64,000 nucleotides of DNA from an uncultured Candidatus Saccharibacteria bacterium (GCA_964552475.1 CAZKFZ010000003.1:24078-88077), one strand, 5' to 3'; counted from the stretch's first letter, positions 32,522-42,733 are shown. Translations and numbers: made by a program. The notes: generated by a model from the letters alone, not told the origin.

Positions 32522-33088
32522 TTAGTTAATGTCTCTAGGTTGAATATAGCCATTGCGTAGCAAGAAGTCAATTGCCAACCAACCACACTCGGCGTGACTA
32601 GTATTGCCAGTTCTTAATACAGTCTCTACATATTCGCGCAGAGGTATGGTTTCTACCTGAATACTTTCGGTGTCATCTAAAGATTGTTCGTGGTCTGGCT
32701 TGCAACCAACCGCCAAATAGTAGTTGGCATTACCTTCGGCGTATGGCATCCAGGCCATGTTCTCACCAAGAGTAATAATTTTACCTGCTACATAACCAGT
32801 CTCTTCGCGCAGCTCTCTAGCAGCGCTAGTGGTAGAGTCCTCGCCCGGGTCTACAATACCAAAAACCATCTCCCGAAGTACCCGTTCTGGCCCAGGACGA
32901 AAACTAGTAGCAGTAATTACTTGCATGTCGTCGGTTAGAGCAAACACGCCTATCCAGCCGTGCTCTAGGTACCAAATGTCAAAGTCGTGAATTGTTCCAT
33001 TGGGTAATTTAAACGTTTTAGTAAGAAAGGTTTTGTATGCGCCTTTAAAGCTTACTACTTTGAGTTTCTCCCACGGTTTTGCTTTCAC
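32522..33088 (-). CDS. Nudix hydrolase, ADP-ribose pyrophosphatase-like
   Basis: GIVDPGED...AARELREETGY Nudix box; LDDTE. Confidence 0.88.
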   Translation of the reverse strand: MKAKPWEKLKVVSFKGAYKTFLTKTFKLPNGTIHDFDIWYLEHGWIGVFALTDDMQVITATSFRPGPERVLREMVFGIVDPGEDSTTSAARELREETGYVAGKIITLGENMAWMPYAEGNANYYLAVGCKPDHEQSLDDTESIQVETIPLREYVETVLRTGNTSHAECGWLAIDFLLRNGYIQPRDIN

Positions 33089-33134
33089 AGCAATACTCTA
33101 CTATATTTTATGCAATAAATCAACGTTTGTATTA

Positions 33135-33527
33135 TTACTGATTTGGGCCAGCAAATTTTTCTGGCATATTCTCTACTTGGCTATCCACCTCTTCTTCTTT
33201 CAAAATAGTCTCGGGTGGCATATGTGGTGCGGCGTATTGTACTATTCTACCCTTTCGCTCTGTAACAATACCGTGAGTCTCTTTTTCGCCTTCAATATGT
33301 AATACCACTGGTTTACCGCCAGCTTTTTGTGCTGCACGTAGCGCGTAGCCTTCTGCAGCTCTTTTGCCTTCTTTGCTAGAGTCGGTAAGGTATACTTGCC
33401 GGTCTCTTGGGCCTTCATGCCGACTCTCGTTTTTTACTCCAGTTTCACTAGCCGAGCGCAACCCAGACTTGCGAATAGCTGGTAAGTGCTCTGATGAAGT
33501 TCCGTGATGAAATAATTCTGGAGGCAT
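33135..33527 (-). CDS. Stand-alone Tpt1/KptA C-terminal-like (ADP-ribosyltransferase fold) protein
   Basis: LFHHGT...I..SGL...VYLT...A..YA...PVVL. Confidence 0.6.
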   Translation of the reverse strand: MPPELFHHGTSSEHLPAIRKSGLRSASETGVKNESRHEGPRDRQVYLTDSSKEGKRAAEGYALRAAQKAGGKPVVLHIEGEKETHGIVTERKGRIVQYAAPHMPPETILKEEEVDSQVENMPEKFAGPNQ

Positions 33528-33623
33528 AATGCTATTATATCAAATGAAAAAGTTAAACAAACTCACTTGGTAAAAAGCCAACAATCAGGTATAATTACTC
33601 AGTTAGTTACCACAAGCCAATAC

Positions 33624-33718
<95 letters not shown>

Positions 33719-33913
33719 GTTTATGTTTCGCCATTTGGCGAAAGAAAAACAATAGAGAAAAATGTATGATTTGAAGCCGAGCGCGAGGGTGCGGCGTACG
33801 AGGAGCGCAGACCAAAAACTAGATTGTAAATTGTGTTTTTGGCGAGCACCACAGGTAGAAGTCCGTCAGTTGACGGACGCTATCCCGACCGACACTAGTT
33901 TTTAATATATAGC

Positions 33914-34273
33914 ATGTCAGAACCAACTCCACCAACTAATGACGATAGTAGAAGCTATCTACCTACTAAAGATGAGTTTTTACTGCCTTCTTCTCAACGA
34001 GAGCAAGCTATTCACAAAAGAATAGATGAAGAGTTAGAAGCCACAAAACCCGTTTACCAGTATTCAATGTGGTTTGAGAGGCCAGATGGTAGTAAAGTTG
34101 AATTTAGATTTAGTCGCAAGCCCGATGGAAACATGATAGTAGCGTCGTTTGGTGAAGATGGAGTGAGAGAAACTATTATTGCAAATAACCTAGTGGACGA
34201 TGAAGAAGGCATGCAAATTTTTACTGATAATTTTACCAAAGGTCTCAAGTACAAGCAAATAGATAGACCATAA
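33914..34273 (+). CDS. Hypothetical protein
   Basis: 119-aa ORF between two tRNA-Ser genes. Confidence 0.55.
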   Translation: MSEPTPPTNDDSRSYLPTKDEFLLPSSQREQAIHKRIDEELEATKPVYQYSMWFERPDGSKVEFRFSRKPDGNMIVASFGEDGVRETIIANNLVDDEEGMQIFTDNFTKGLKYKQIDRP

Positions 34274-34332
34274 TAGTCTTTAGTGTTGTGTTCTGAAAAA
34301 CTTCAGAGCACAAATCTGTAGACAATAAACCT

Positions 34333-34422
34333 GGAGAGGTGCCCGAGTGGTTGAAGGGAACAGTCTTGAAAACTGTCAGGCTCGCAAGGGTCTCGTGGGT
34401 TCGAATCCCACCCTCTCCGCCA
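34333..34422 (+). tRNA. tRNA-Ser(TGA)
   Basis: ACAGT-CTTGAAA-ACTGT anticodon arm, long variable arm, CCA. Confidence 0.96.
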
Positions 34423-34457
34423 TTTTCTGTGGCTCAGTGTTTGCTGGGCAAAAGAAA

Positions 34458-35114
34458 ATGGTCAAAACTATAATAATTGGAAAATCAGTTGAAAACCAAG
34501 ATATACTAGCACACCTATTTAATGGTGAGCCGAGTAATAGTCAACGGTCTGTTTTAATAATCGCTGGCGTACATGGTAATGAGATAGAAGGAGTATGGTT
34601 AGCAGAGGCAATTTGTAACAACTTACAAACTAATACTACTTCTCAAGACATCAGCGTGATACCAATACTTAATCCTGATGGTGTTAAAGCCAACACTAGG
34701 CACAACCACAATGGTGTAGACCTAAATCGAAATATGGCAACCAAAGACTGGGTTTCAACTCCACTACAACCCAAGTACAAACCCGGTAAAGTCAAAAATA
34801 GTGAGCCAGAGACACAAGCCCTTATTAATTTTGTAGAAGATACCAATCCAAAACTAATCATAAGCCTGCATTCATATAAAACCCCTATGCTCAACATAAA
34901 TGGTGACTGTAAAGCTATTGCTGAGAAAATCGCCTCTGAAGCAAAACTAGACGTAAAAGAATCTATTGGGTATGATACGCCGGGTTGTTTAGGAACATAC
35001 TATGGGCTAGAAAGAAATATACCAGTCATTACCTACGAGCTTTTTCGTGGTGACACAAAAAATAATGTTATTGAACATAATTTAAGCGCTATTATTAACG
35101 CCATTTGTAAATAA
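34458..35114 (+). CDS. M14 zinc peptidase, murein peptide amidase MpaA-like
   Basis: HGNE, NPDG, GVDLNRN, SEPET, SLHS, TPG; ORF-track start lies inside the tRNA, so start moved. Confidence 0.85.
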   Translation: MVKTIIIGKSVENQDILAHLFNGEPSNSQRSVLIIAGVHGNEIEGVWLAEAICNNLQTNTTSQDISVIPILNPDGVKANTRHNHNGVDLNRNMATKDWVSTPLQPKYKPGKVKNSEPETQALINFVEDTNPKLIISLHSYKTPMLNINGDCKAIAEKIASEAKLDVKESIGYDTPGCLGTYYGLERNIPVITYELFRGDTKNNVIEHNLSAIINAICK

Positions 35115-35236
35115 CTCTTATCAATCTACTTATCACTATTTATTTGGGTTATTATTTAATCTGTAATACCGAAACTTAAACACACTATTTCACAACATTA
35201 TCTATATAAAGCAATTCCTGTGAAATATACCCACAC

Positions 35237-36145
35237 TTACCTATATTTCACAAACATAAGCTGGTTGAGCCGTTCTGAGTATTCTGTCGCTTTGTTGTTC
35301 TCTCCGGTAATTTTATACAAGCTTATAAGTTCTTTATTAGCATCTATATTACTACTATCTAAGGCTATCCCTTGCTCGGCTTTAGCTATTGCATCGCTAA
35401 TCTCCCCTCTAGCCGAAGCGAGTCGCGACAAGACAAGCCAGTCCCCTACCGTCTTGTCTTTAATAGCCAAAAGTTTAGTTTCGCCGGGCTTATACACTTG
35501 GTTGTTAATAAGATAATATGCAACCTGCCTATCGCTAAGAGTTGATTGTGGTGTGGTGCCTAAAGCCTCAGCTTGGGTACCACCCAACATATAACAACTA
35601 GCAACCGCTGCCTTTGCACTAGCGCTGTCTAGATTTTGCTTAGTAGCTTTTGTGGCGGCTTCGCATCCTGCTGTAGTATTGCCTAAGTTGAAATGGGTGT
35701 TGGCAAGACCCACCAAGCCCTCATCGTTCTCTCCTTCTTTCAGTGAAAGGTTGAAAAAATCCTTGGCTTTTGAGTAGTTTTGGGCTCTAAGCGATAAGTT
35801 GCCCAACGCTACATAATTGGGGTCTACCAACCCATCTTTATAGGTTGTAACAGCTTTGTTTACATCTCCCCTACCCAACCAATATTGCGCCATGGCCTCT
35901 GTTGCGCGAGGATCTTTTAAGCCTATTAAATAAGCTTGGCTTAGCAAACCATATCTTTGGTTGTCGTCTTGTTCTAACTTAGCCTGGTTTAATAATCTAT
36001 CTACTACACTCAGTTTCCAGGCGGTGATATTTGGTGTAAAAAGCGCTATAAGTAAACCAAATAGTAATATAAAACCACCTGCTACTAAGAAAAAATTGAG
36101 CTTATTTTTTGTTGATTTCTTCAATAGATGCCTCAAGAGATGCAA
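35237..36145 (-). CDS. Membrane-anchored TPR protein; true start probably downstream
   Basis: N-terminal TM and helical TPR-like repeats. Confidence 0.65.
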   Translation of the reverse strand: MHLLRHLLKKSTKNKLNFFLVAGGFILLFGLLIALFTPNITAWKLSVVDRLLNQAKLEQDDNQRYGLLSQAYLIGLKDPRATEAMAQYWLGRGDVNKAVTTYKDGLVDPNYVALGNLSLRAQNYSKAKDFFNLSLKEGENDEGLVGLANTHFNLGNTTAGCEAATKATKQNLDSASAKAAVASCYMLGGTQAEALGTTPQSTLSDRQVAYYLINNQVYKPGETKLLAIKDKTVGDWLVLSRLASARGEISDAIAKAEQGIALDSSNIDANKELISLYKITGENNKATEYSERLNQLMFVKYR

Positions 36146-38477
36146 TTTCGCTAATTGCAGTTTCTAATCTTTGCTTCTCCCCTTTTACAACTTGCTCTGG
36201 AGCGTTGTCTACAAAAGACTTATTGGCTAGTTTTGCCTCACTAAGCCTTACTAGATTTTGCTTGGCAGCCAGCTCTTTTTGAAGTTTAGCTAGCTTGGTA
36301 AGCTCTTCATCTTTTTGCTTTGAAGCTAAGACATTAATAATCTCACCCTCAAAAACCTTCGCCTCTTTGCCAACAGGTTTTAATAATGTATTCGGCCATT
36401 GTTCGTTTATTAAGATTGATTTCTGCCAAGGTAACTCTTGCCAAATGGTTTCGGTAACAAACGGTGCGAAGGGGTGGAGAAGTCTAAGTACAGTATCTAG
36501 GCTATAGGCCAACATCGCGGGGTTGGTAGTTTGTTTAGAATACTCCAAGTACTGGTCGGCTAATTTGTCCCAAAGCAAAGAGTAGACTGATTGACCAGCT
36601 TCTGAGTAACGATACTTTTCTATAGATTGAGTAGTTTTACTGATAGCCTCGTTTATTTGCTCGGCCATCCAGTGATCGGCAGGCGATATCAATTCTGGAG
36701 TTAGTAGGGTAGTAATGTTATCTGTCTTGGTTAGAATATAGCGAGACACATTCCAGAGTTTGTTACAAAAGTTACGATATCCTTTAATTTTATCAGCACT
36801 AATTTTACCGTCATTACCTGGTGTAATACCAATACTCAAGGCTAATCTAAGCGCATCAGTACCATATTCGGCAGTTATCTTCATAGGATCGTCATAATTG
36901 CCCTTGCTCTTTGAAAGTTTTTGTCCTTGTTCATCTGTTACCATACCCCAAAGATAAACATCCTCAAAAGGTACCTTACCAGTTTTGTAAAGACCAAACA
37001 TTATCATTCGAGTTACCCATTTGTGTAAAATGTCTCTAGCAGTAGCCATGAGGGTAGTAGGGTAGAACTGGTCATAGTCGCCTGTGCCCATAAGCGTGGC
37101 GTAGGGCCATTGCCCAGAAGAAAACCAAGTGTCGAAAGTATCGGTCTCGACTCTATAATTACCTTCACCGTAATACTTTCTAGCTTCCTCTTCGGTGAGT
37201 GCTACTAGGTGAGAGCCTTTGCTGGGGTCGGTACTAGTTTTGTAGTAAACAGGTATACGAATACCCCACCAACCCGGTCTAGAAATACACCAGTCGTGCT
37301 CGTTTTGTAACCAGTTAAGGGCAATACTTTTAAATCTTGCAGGATAAAAGTGCACCTTGTCTTGCTCAATTGCCTGTATTACTGGCCTGTTTAGCTCGGT
37401 GACTCGCAAGAACCACTGCTCAGATATTAAAGGCTCTATAACAGTTTTGCATCTGTCGTGCACTGCTACAGCGTGAGTTATCGGAGCTGTCTCTACAAGC
37501 TTTCCGGCCTTATCAAGAGCTTTTACAACCTGAGCTCTGGCATTGTCTACACTCAAGCCATTATATTCGCTAGGTGAGTTAATTAATTTACCTTCAAAAT
37601 CTACTACAGATATTTCTGGTAAATTGTGGCGCTGACCAATATCGTAGTCGGCCATATCATGACCTGGTGTAACTTTTAGCGCACCGGTACCATCTTGAAT
37701 ACTTACGTGGTCATCGGCAATTATCGGAATTTCTCGATTGATTAGAGGTATAGTGGCGGTTTTACCCACTAGTTTGGTGTAGCGCCCATCTTTAGGGTTT
37801 ACAGCAACGGCGCTATCGGCAAAAATTGTCTCTGGTCGAGTGGTGGCAATCTTTATAGAGCCGTAATCAAGTGTATACATGGCATCTTCACGCTCTACTC
37901 GGTCTGTTTCAATATCGGCAAATGCGGCTTGGCAACGTGTGCACCAGTTTACAATACGATTACCTCTATAAATATAGCCATCGTCGTAGAGTTGTTGAAA
38001 GGTTTGGTGCACTACACCAATTACGTCTTTGTCTAGGGTGAACTTAAGCTTACTCCAGTCGGCCGAGAAACCCATGGATTGCATTTGCTCTAAAATAGTG
38101 TGTTGCTGAGCAAGTACAAATTTTTCTACCTGCTGGTAAAACTTCTCTGGGCCAAGATCAAAGCGGGTTTTGCCGTTCTTTTCTAACTCTCGTTCGTAAA
38201 CCACTTGTGTCTCTATACCGGCATGATCTGTACCTGGTAGCCATAGTGTGGGCCGACCTTGCATTCTGGCATAGCGAGTAGCTATATCTTCTACCACATA
38301 CATTAGGTGGCCAGCATGTAGTGAACCATTGGCATTCGGTGGAGGCATAATAATACAAAACGGCTCCTTTGTAGAACTGGTTTTTGCGGCAAAAGCTTTG
38401 TGTTTATCCCAAAGACTATAGATTTTAGCCTCATTATCTGAAGGATTATAGGTTTTAGGTATCTCATTTGAAATCAT
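36102..38477 (-). CDS. valS: Valine--tRNA ligase
   Basis: PPPNANGSLHAGH, GTDHAGI, DWCISR, DTWFSS, KLSKS, C-terminal coiled coil. Confidence 0.97.
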   Translation of the reverse strand: MISNEIPKTYNPSDNEAKIYSLWDKHKAFAAKTSSTKEPFCIIMPPPNANGSLHAGHLMYVVEDIATRYARMQGRPTLWLPGTDHAGIETQVVYERELEKNGKTRFDLGPEKFYQQVEKFVLAQQHTILEQMQSMGFSADWSKLKFTLDKDVIGVVHQTFQQLYDDGYIYRGNRIVNWCTRCQAAFADIETDRVEREDAMYTLDYGSIKIATTRPETIFADSAVAVNPKDGRYTKLVGKTATIPLINREIPIIADDHVSIQDGTGALKVTPGHDMADYDIGQRHNLPEISVVDFEGKLINSPSEYNGLSVDNARAQVVKALDKAGKLVETAPITHAVAVHDRCKTVIEPLISEQWFLRVTELNRPVIQAIEQDKVHFYPARFKSIALNWLQNEHDWCISRPGWWGIRIPVYYKTSTDPSKGSHLVALTEEEARKYYGEGNYRVETDTFDTWFSSGQWPYATLMGTGDYDQFYPTTLMATARDILHKWVTRMIMFGLYKTGKVPFEDVYLWGMVTDEQGQKLSKSKGNYDDPMKITAEYGTDALRLALSIGITPGNDGKISADKIKGYRNFCNKLWNVSRYILTKTDNITTLLTPELISPADHWMAEQINEAISKTTQSIEKYRYSEAGQSVYSLLWDKLADQYLEYSKQTTNPAMLAYSLDTVLRLLHPFAPFVTETIWQELPWQKSILINEQWPNTLLKPVGKEAKVFEGEIINVLASKQKDEELTKLAKLQKELAAKQNLVRLSEAKLANKSFVDNAPEQVVKGEKQRLETAISEIASLEASIEEINKK

Positions 38478-38600
38478 ACCTGTAATTGTAGCATTTTTTA
38501 TCTTATAATTGCGAGATGTTTTATTTGACACCAACGCTTATGCTCAGGTAATATATAGATAACTTTTATTAAGATTGAAAACGGGGGAGAGTAAGCAGGA

Positions 38601-39659
38601 GTGGTGATGAAAGACATTTACAGTCCATTAGAAATAGATGAGCAATGGGACCAACGCGCTCCTATGGTAGAAGGTGATGCTTTTGATGCTATGGTTCAAA
38701 TGGCTCCAGACGATGCCAGCGGGGGAGGAGTAGCAACTATGGAGCCAACAGCAAGTAATGCTGTAGAGCAACCAATAGCAACTACCACCGCTCCAGTAGA
38801 ACCCGCCCAAGGTGCCGATGGTATGATGCCAACTCCCGATGTTGCCGCCGTAAACACTCCCGAACAATCCTCAGACACTCTACCACCAGCTTCTGCAGAA
38901 GTGAGCACTGAAGCCACCACACCAACAGTTGCCGAAGCACCACCTACCGACGACCAATCCGTAGCAAGCTTAGAAGGACAACAAGTAGCTACCGAAGAAG
39001 ACCCTACACAGCCACCACAAATTATTCCAGAGCCACAACCATTACCAGAGGTACCAACAGATGCCGAGCCAAGCATTGAAACACCAGAGGCCCCAGCCGG
39101 AGATGCTGCACCAGAGGATGTGCAGCCAGAAGACGCTATGCCGCACACTGTTCCACCTATTGAAGAATATCAACCAGATCCTGGCAATGAACGACCTACA
39201 ACACCAGATGCCGATAAGGCCCCAGCCTCAGAAGGTGATGCCGATTCTACACCGGCACCTGCCGAAGATGTAAAAAAACTAGACCAAGCTGTAGCCGAGC
39301 TACCCACCTCACCCACTAACCTGGTTGTTGAGAAAGAAGATACTGAGGATAAAGATGCTGACGATGATGACAAAGAAGGTGAAAGACTCGTAGCGGGTGT
39401 AGACGACAAGGAAGATGGAGACATAGAAAAAGGTAAAGACAAGAAGCCTGATGCACATCGTAAGCAAGCTGTTGAAGCTTTAGAAAGTAACATTGCCGAT
39501 CTAAAGAGAGAAGTTAAAGAAAAAGAAAAATTAAAAAGAGATCACGAAGACAGAAGAGCCGAGGAAGAACGAAAGATTAGTGATTTGCAGGCCGAGATAG
39601 ATTTCAAAAAGAGCGAAATAGCCGCTTTTGAGAACGCCAAAGCTGCTCTTACTGAATAG
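38601..39659 (+). CDS. Acidic Pro/Glu/Ala-rich disordered protein with C-terminal coiled coil
   Basis: Composition; followed by a terminator hairpin. Confidence 0.7.
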   Translation: MVMKDIYSPLEIDEQWDQRAPMVEGDAFDAMVQMAPDDASGGGVATMEPTASNAVEQPIATTTAPVEPAQGADGMMPTPDVAAVNTPEQSSDTLPPASAEVSTEATTPTVAEAPPTDDQSVASLEGQQVATEEDPTQPPQIIPEPQPLPEVPTDAEPSIETPEAPAGDAAPEDVQPEDAMPHTVPPIEEYQPDPGNERPTTPDADKAPASEGDADSTPAPAEDVKKLDQAVAELPTSPTNLVVEKEDTEDKDADDDDKEGERLVAGVDDKEDGDIEKGKDKKPDAHRKQAVEALESNIADLKREVKEKEKLKRDHEDRRAEEERKISDLQAEIDFKKSEIAAFENAKAALTE

Positions 39660-39869
39660 TCAGAATAGTTTTTCTAACATAAAAGCCCGATTCACACATC
39701 GGGTTTTTGTTATATAGATATATCAACATTTGTAACCAACACCTAGTATTATATGTTAATATTTATTGACAAAACTAATATAATTTGTTAGTATTATTAA
39801 TGGCAACCGTACTTCAAACCAGAGGAGGTGATGACTATGAGGACAGCCTAGTGAAAGGGCGTCTTCAAA

Positions 39870-40106
39870 ATGGCAACCAGCCATGTCATCAGCACCGACC
39901 ACATTCACCTAAGCCCCAAGCGGGCTGCACGAGCTTCTGCTAAAAAGGTAGAACAGTACCGTCGTCTTATGGAAGAAGGTAGAGAGTTCCCGCCAGTAGT
40001 TTTGATTGAACTGCCCAACGGCACCTACGATCTACGTGATGGTCGACATCGCTACCTGGCCGCCCAAGCTGCCGGATTTTCTTTTGTTGATGCTGTAGTG
40101 CGATAA
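39870..40106 (+). CDS. Minimal ParB/sulfiredoxin-like domain protein
   Basis: FPPVVL...YDLRDGRHRYLAA. Confidence 0.7.
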   Translation: MATSHVISTDHIHLSPKRAARASAKKVEQYRRLMEEGREFPPVVLIELPNGTYDLRDGRHRYLAAQAAGFSFVDAVVR

Positions 40107-40152
40107 TTTGAAAGCCCCCAAACAAATTGTTTGGGGGCTGATATTTATATAA

Positions 40153-41184
40153 TTAGTCTTCCAAGCTGGAGTCGACCGTAAGATCGTTGGGCGGTATAAA
40201 CATATCCTTTTTAGCCATTTGCAGCGCCATAGCACCTATCATTGCAGCATTGTCGGTACAAAGTACTGGCGGAACAAAAATCGACTTAGGTAGCACCTGG
40301 CGCATTTGTTGGCGTAACAAATTGTTGCAAGCAACTCCGCCACCCACCACAATGCTAGCTGGTTGAAAGCGTGCATTGGCTTTGAGAGTATTTTGCACCA
40401 AAGCCTCAACAACTACCTTTTGAAAACTAGCAGCGATATCCGCAACAGTTTGTTTGTCTAACTTATAGCTCTTTTTATGATTGAGCTTAGCCGGGTTTGT
40501 ACCAGCAATTTCTTGTACTTGTCTTAGCACAGCTGTCTTTAGCCCAGAAAAGCTAAAGTCTAAACTTTCTTTACCAAGCTTAGCAATTGGAAATTTATAA
40601 GCACTGTCATCGCCATTTTCGGCCGCTTTAGATATTGCTGGCCCGCCTGGGTAGGGTAGTCCTAGTAACTTTGCTACTTTGTCAAAAGCTTCGCCGGCCG
40701 CGTCATCTAGAGTTTCGCCCAGTATTTCGCGCGATAAATCTTCTTTGTAGAGCGAGAGAGTAGTGTGTCCGCCAGATACAGTAAGGGCCAAGAAGGGGAA
40801 CCTAGGTTTATTTTCTGTTAAAAACGCTGCAAAGCCATGCGCCCAAATATGGTTTACACCTATAAGCGGTTTATTCTTGGTGATAGCCAAGGTTTTGGCG
40901 GCGAGTACCCCAATTAGCAGAGAACCAATTAAGCCTGGCCCTTGAGTAACGGCAATAGCATCGATACTACTCCAGCTAGACCTGGCCACACTTAGAGCCT
41001 GCTCTATTACCGGAACAATTACTTCTATATGCGAGCGAGCCGCAACTTCTGGCACTACACCACCATATTTGGCGTGAATATCTACTTGGCTAGAAATAAT
41101 ATTACTTAGTATTTTGTTGTTTTGCACAACTGCTGCGGCAGTTTCGTCACAACTAGATTCAATAGCTAGAATTTTCATTACCAT
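40153..41184 (-). CDS. tsaD: tRNA threonylcarbamoyltransferase TsaD
   Basis: IESSCDET, GGVVPEVAARSH, VSGGHT, DDAAGEAFDK, CTDNAAMI. Confidence 0.97.
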   Translation of the reverse strand: MVMKILAIESSCDETAAAVVQNNKILSNIISSQVDIHAKYGGVVPEVAARSHIEVIVPVIEQALSVARSSWSSIDAIAVTQGPGLIGSLLIGVLAAKTLAITKNKPLIGVNHIWAHGFAAFLTENKPRFPFLALTVSGGHTTLSLYKEDLSREILGETLDDAAGEAFDKVAKLLGLPYPGGPAISKAAENGDDSAYKFPIAKLGKESLDFSFSGLKTAVLRQVQEIAGTNPAKLNHKKSYKLDKQTVADIAASFQKVVVEALVQNTLKANARFQPASIVVGGGVACNNLLRQQMRQVLPKSIFVPPVLCTDNAAMIGAMALQMAKKDMFIPPNDLTVDSSLED

Positions 41185-41234
41185 ATCTTACCACAGAAAT
41201 TAAAATGCCCCTCGCAGTGAGGGGCAAAGAATAA

Positions 41235-41534
41235 CTATCTGGGCTCTTCAGGTAATGGACGACCATTAGAATCAATACAATGGACAGAGCTCGGGTCGAT
41301 AGACTCATAGCCATCAGACTCATACGAGCTACCTTCACAGAAATCACCATTAGAGTTGGTGTAATCAAAGTGATAACTAGTATTAACACCGGGAGGATCG
41401 GTATTGGTAATTGTGATGCCGTACTTTTCTTCGAGCTGTGAGCGAACTTCTTCTTGCTCGCTAGCACTTGGCGCACAGCCCAACAGTAACAAAATTGAAA
41501 GCATAACAGTTGACAGAAGTACTGGTATTCGCAT
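41235..41534 (-). CDS. Putative small lipoprotein
   Basis: MRIPVLLSTVMLSILLLLGC lipobox-like signal. Confidence 0.55.
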   Translation of the reverse strand: MRIPVLLSTVMLSILLLLGCAPSASEQEEVRSQLEEKYGITITNTDPPGVNTSYHFDYTNSNGDFCEGSSYESDGYESIDPSSVHCIDSNGRPLPEEPR

Positions 41535-41655
41535 CGAGACCACCGTGGTTTCTAATAAGGAGCAATTCGACAGTATTATATACATAAACAAAGAATGTGT
41601 CAATAATAGCCCACAAAAGAAAATCCCCCAGACACAAATGTGTCTGGGGGAACTG

Positions 41656-41728
41656 TGGGCCTGGAGGGAATCGAACCCTCGACCAAGGCATTATGAGTGC
41701 CACGCTCTAACCATTGAGCTACAGGCCC
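41656..41728 (-). tRNA. tRNA with CAT anticodon, probably Ile2; no encoded CCA
   Basis: GGGCCTG acceptor stem and CTCATAA loop; lacks initiator features. Confidence 0.88.
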
Positions 41729-41732
41729 TACG

Positions 41733-41807
41733 TGTCCGAAGAGAGATTTGAACTCTCGACCCCTTCCTTGTAAGGGAAGTGCTCTGGCCCAACTGAGCTA
41801 TTCGGAC
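41733..41807 (-). tRNA. tRNA-Val(TAC); no encoded CCA
   Basis: CTTCC-CTTACAA-GGAAG anticodon arm. Confidence 0.93.
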
Positions 41808-42049
41808 GGGAGAATAGGGAGGAGCAAATTCCCTATTCGGTGCAGGTTGAAAGCCTACGGGAAGAGCATGGAGCGCCTAGCCTTGATACACAAGACACCT
41901 GCCATAATTGCCAACCATCGGACTCCATGATTAACCCCGTTTGACTGGGTAAAAATTTGCATTACGCATAATTTGTAATACTTGTTTTTACCCCTGCCTA
42001 CGTTGTTTTTCGCGCAGCTCACACGACTATCAAAACAACGCCTGCATCG
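41808..42049 (-). ncRNA. Candidate structured RNA inside the tRNA cluster
   Basis: Nested stems TGCAGG/CCTGCA, CGTTGTTTT/AAAACAACG, GGGTAAAAA/TTTTTACCC, CATGGAG/CTCCATG, then GAATAGGGA/TCCCTATTC. Confidence 0.5.
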
Positions 42050-42134
42050 TGCCGGTGGCGGGACTCGAACCCGCACGCTCTGTTAAGAGCACCGGGACCT
42101 AAACCCGGCGCGTCTGCCATTCCGCCACACCGGC
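42050..42134 (-). tRNA. tRNA-Leu(TAG); no encoded CCA
   Basis: CCGGG-TTTAGGT-CCCGG anticodon arm, long variable arm. Confidence 0.93.
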
Positions 42135-42146
42135 TGGTGTAATTCG

Positions 42147-42219
42147 CGCCCACGGCAGGATTCGAACCTGCGACCATGTCATTAGAAGTGACGTGCTCTA
42201 TCCACTGAGCTACGCGGGC
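42147..42219 (-). tRNA. tRNA-Arg(TCT); no encoded CCA
   Basis: GTCA-CTTCTAA-TGAC anticodon arm. Confidence 0.92.
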
Positions 42220-42228
42220 TGAGTAAAG

Positions 42229-42360
42229 TTAGCTAAATACCGAAGCCAGGCAAAGAATTGAGAAACCGAATGCCCAAAATGCTGCAAAGCCGTGTTCCTC
42301 TCTTACAACGCTAACCACAAACATGACGCCGTAAAAAATAACTAGTGAGACTACGAACAT
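42229..42360 (-). CDS. 43-aa two-TM small protein within the tRNA cluster
   Basis: AAGGAG SD; MFVVSLVIFYGVMFVVSVVREEHGFAAFWAFGFSILCLASVFS*. Confidence 0.55.
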   Translation of the reverse strand: MFVVSLVIFYGVMFVVSVVREEHGFAAFWAFGFSILCLASVFS

Positions 42361-42384
42361 CTATGTTCTCCTTTTGTATGTAAG

Positions 42385-42467
42385 TGCCCGGAGCGGGACT
42401 CGAACCCGCACGGTCTTTCGACCCGGGGGGTTTAAGCCCCCTGCGTCTGCCATTCCGCCACCCGGGC
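42385..42467 (-). tRNA. tRNA-Leu(TAA); no encoded CCA
   Basis: GGGGG-CTTAAAC-CCCCC anticodon arm, long variable arm. Confidence 0.93.
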
Positions 42468-42472
42468 CGGTG

Positions 42473-42697
42473 TTAAATAACTACTATCTCATCGACAGGC
42501 AACCAACCCATCCAGTCGGTAGAGTGGGCGATTACCAACACGGCTTCTACGTCACCTAGAGCCACACAGTTGTTAGTGTGTAGATTGATAGTAAAGTGTG
42601 GGCCGTTATCGAAAATGCGATTTTTCGTGCGTTGACTAGCCGACTCGTGGGGTTTTAGCTCCACGACTCCTCCCTTAAACTTCAGTTGGCTTTTCAC
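42473..42697 (-). CDS. Small hypothetical protein heading the tRNA operon
   Basis: GTG start after GGAG. Confidence 0.55.
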   Translation of the reverse strand: MKSQLKFKGGVVELKPHESASQRTKNRIFDNGPHFTINLHTNNCVALGDVEAVLVIAHSTDWMGWLPVDEIVVI

Positions 42698-42733
42698 CTC
42701 TTCTCCATATTTTGGGGTGCAATAACGCTCACT

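Noticed and set aside
34347-34457. N-terminal extension of the M14 peptidase
   Set aside because: It overlaps tRNA-Ser(TGA); the ATG at 34458 is preferred
41404-42559. Several 60-115 aa ORFs across the tRNA cluster
   Set aside because: They are translations of tRNA sequence
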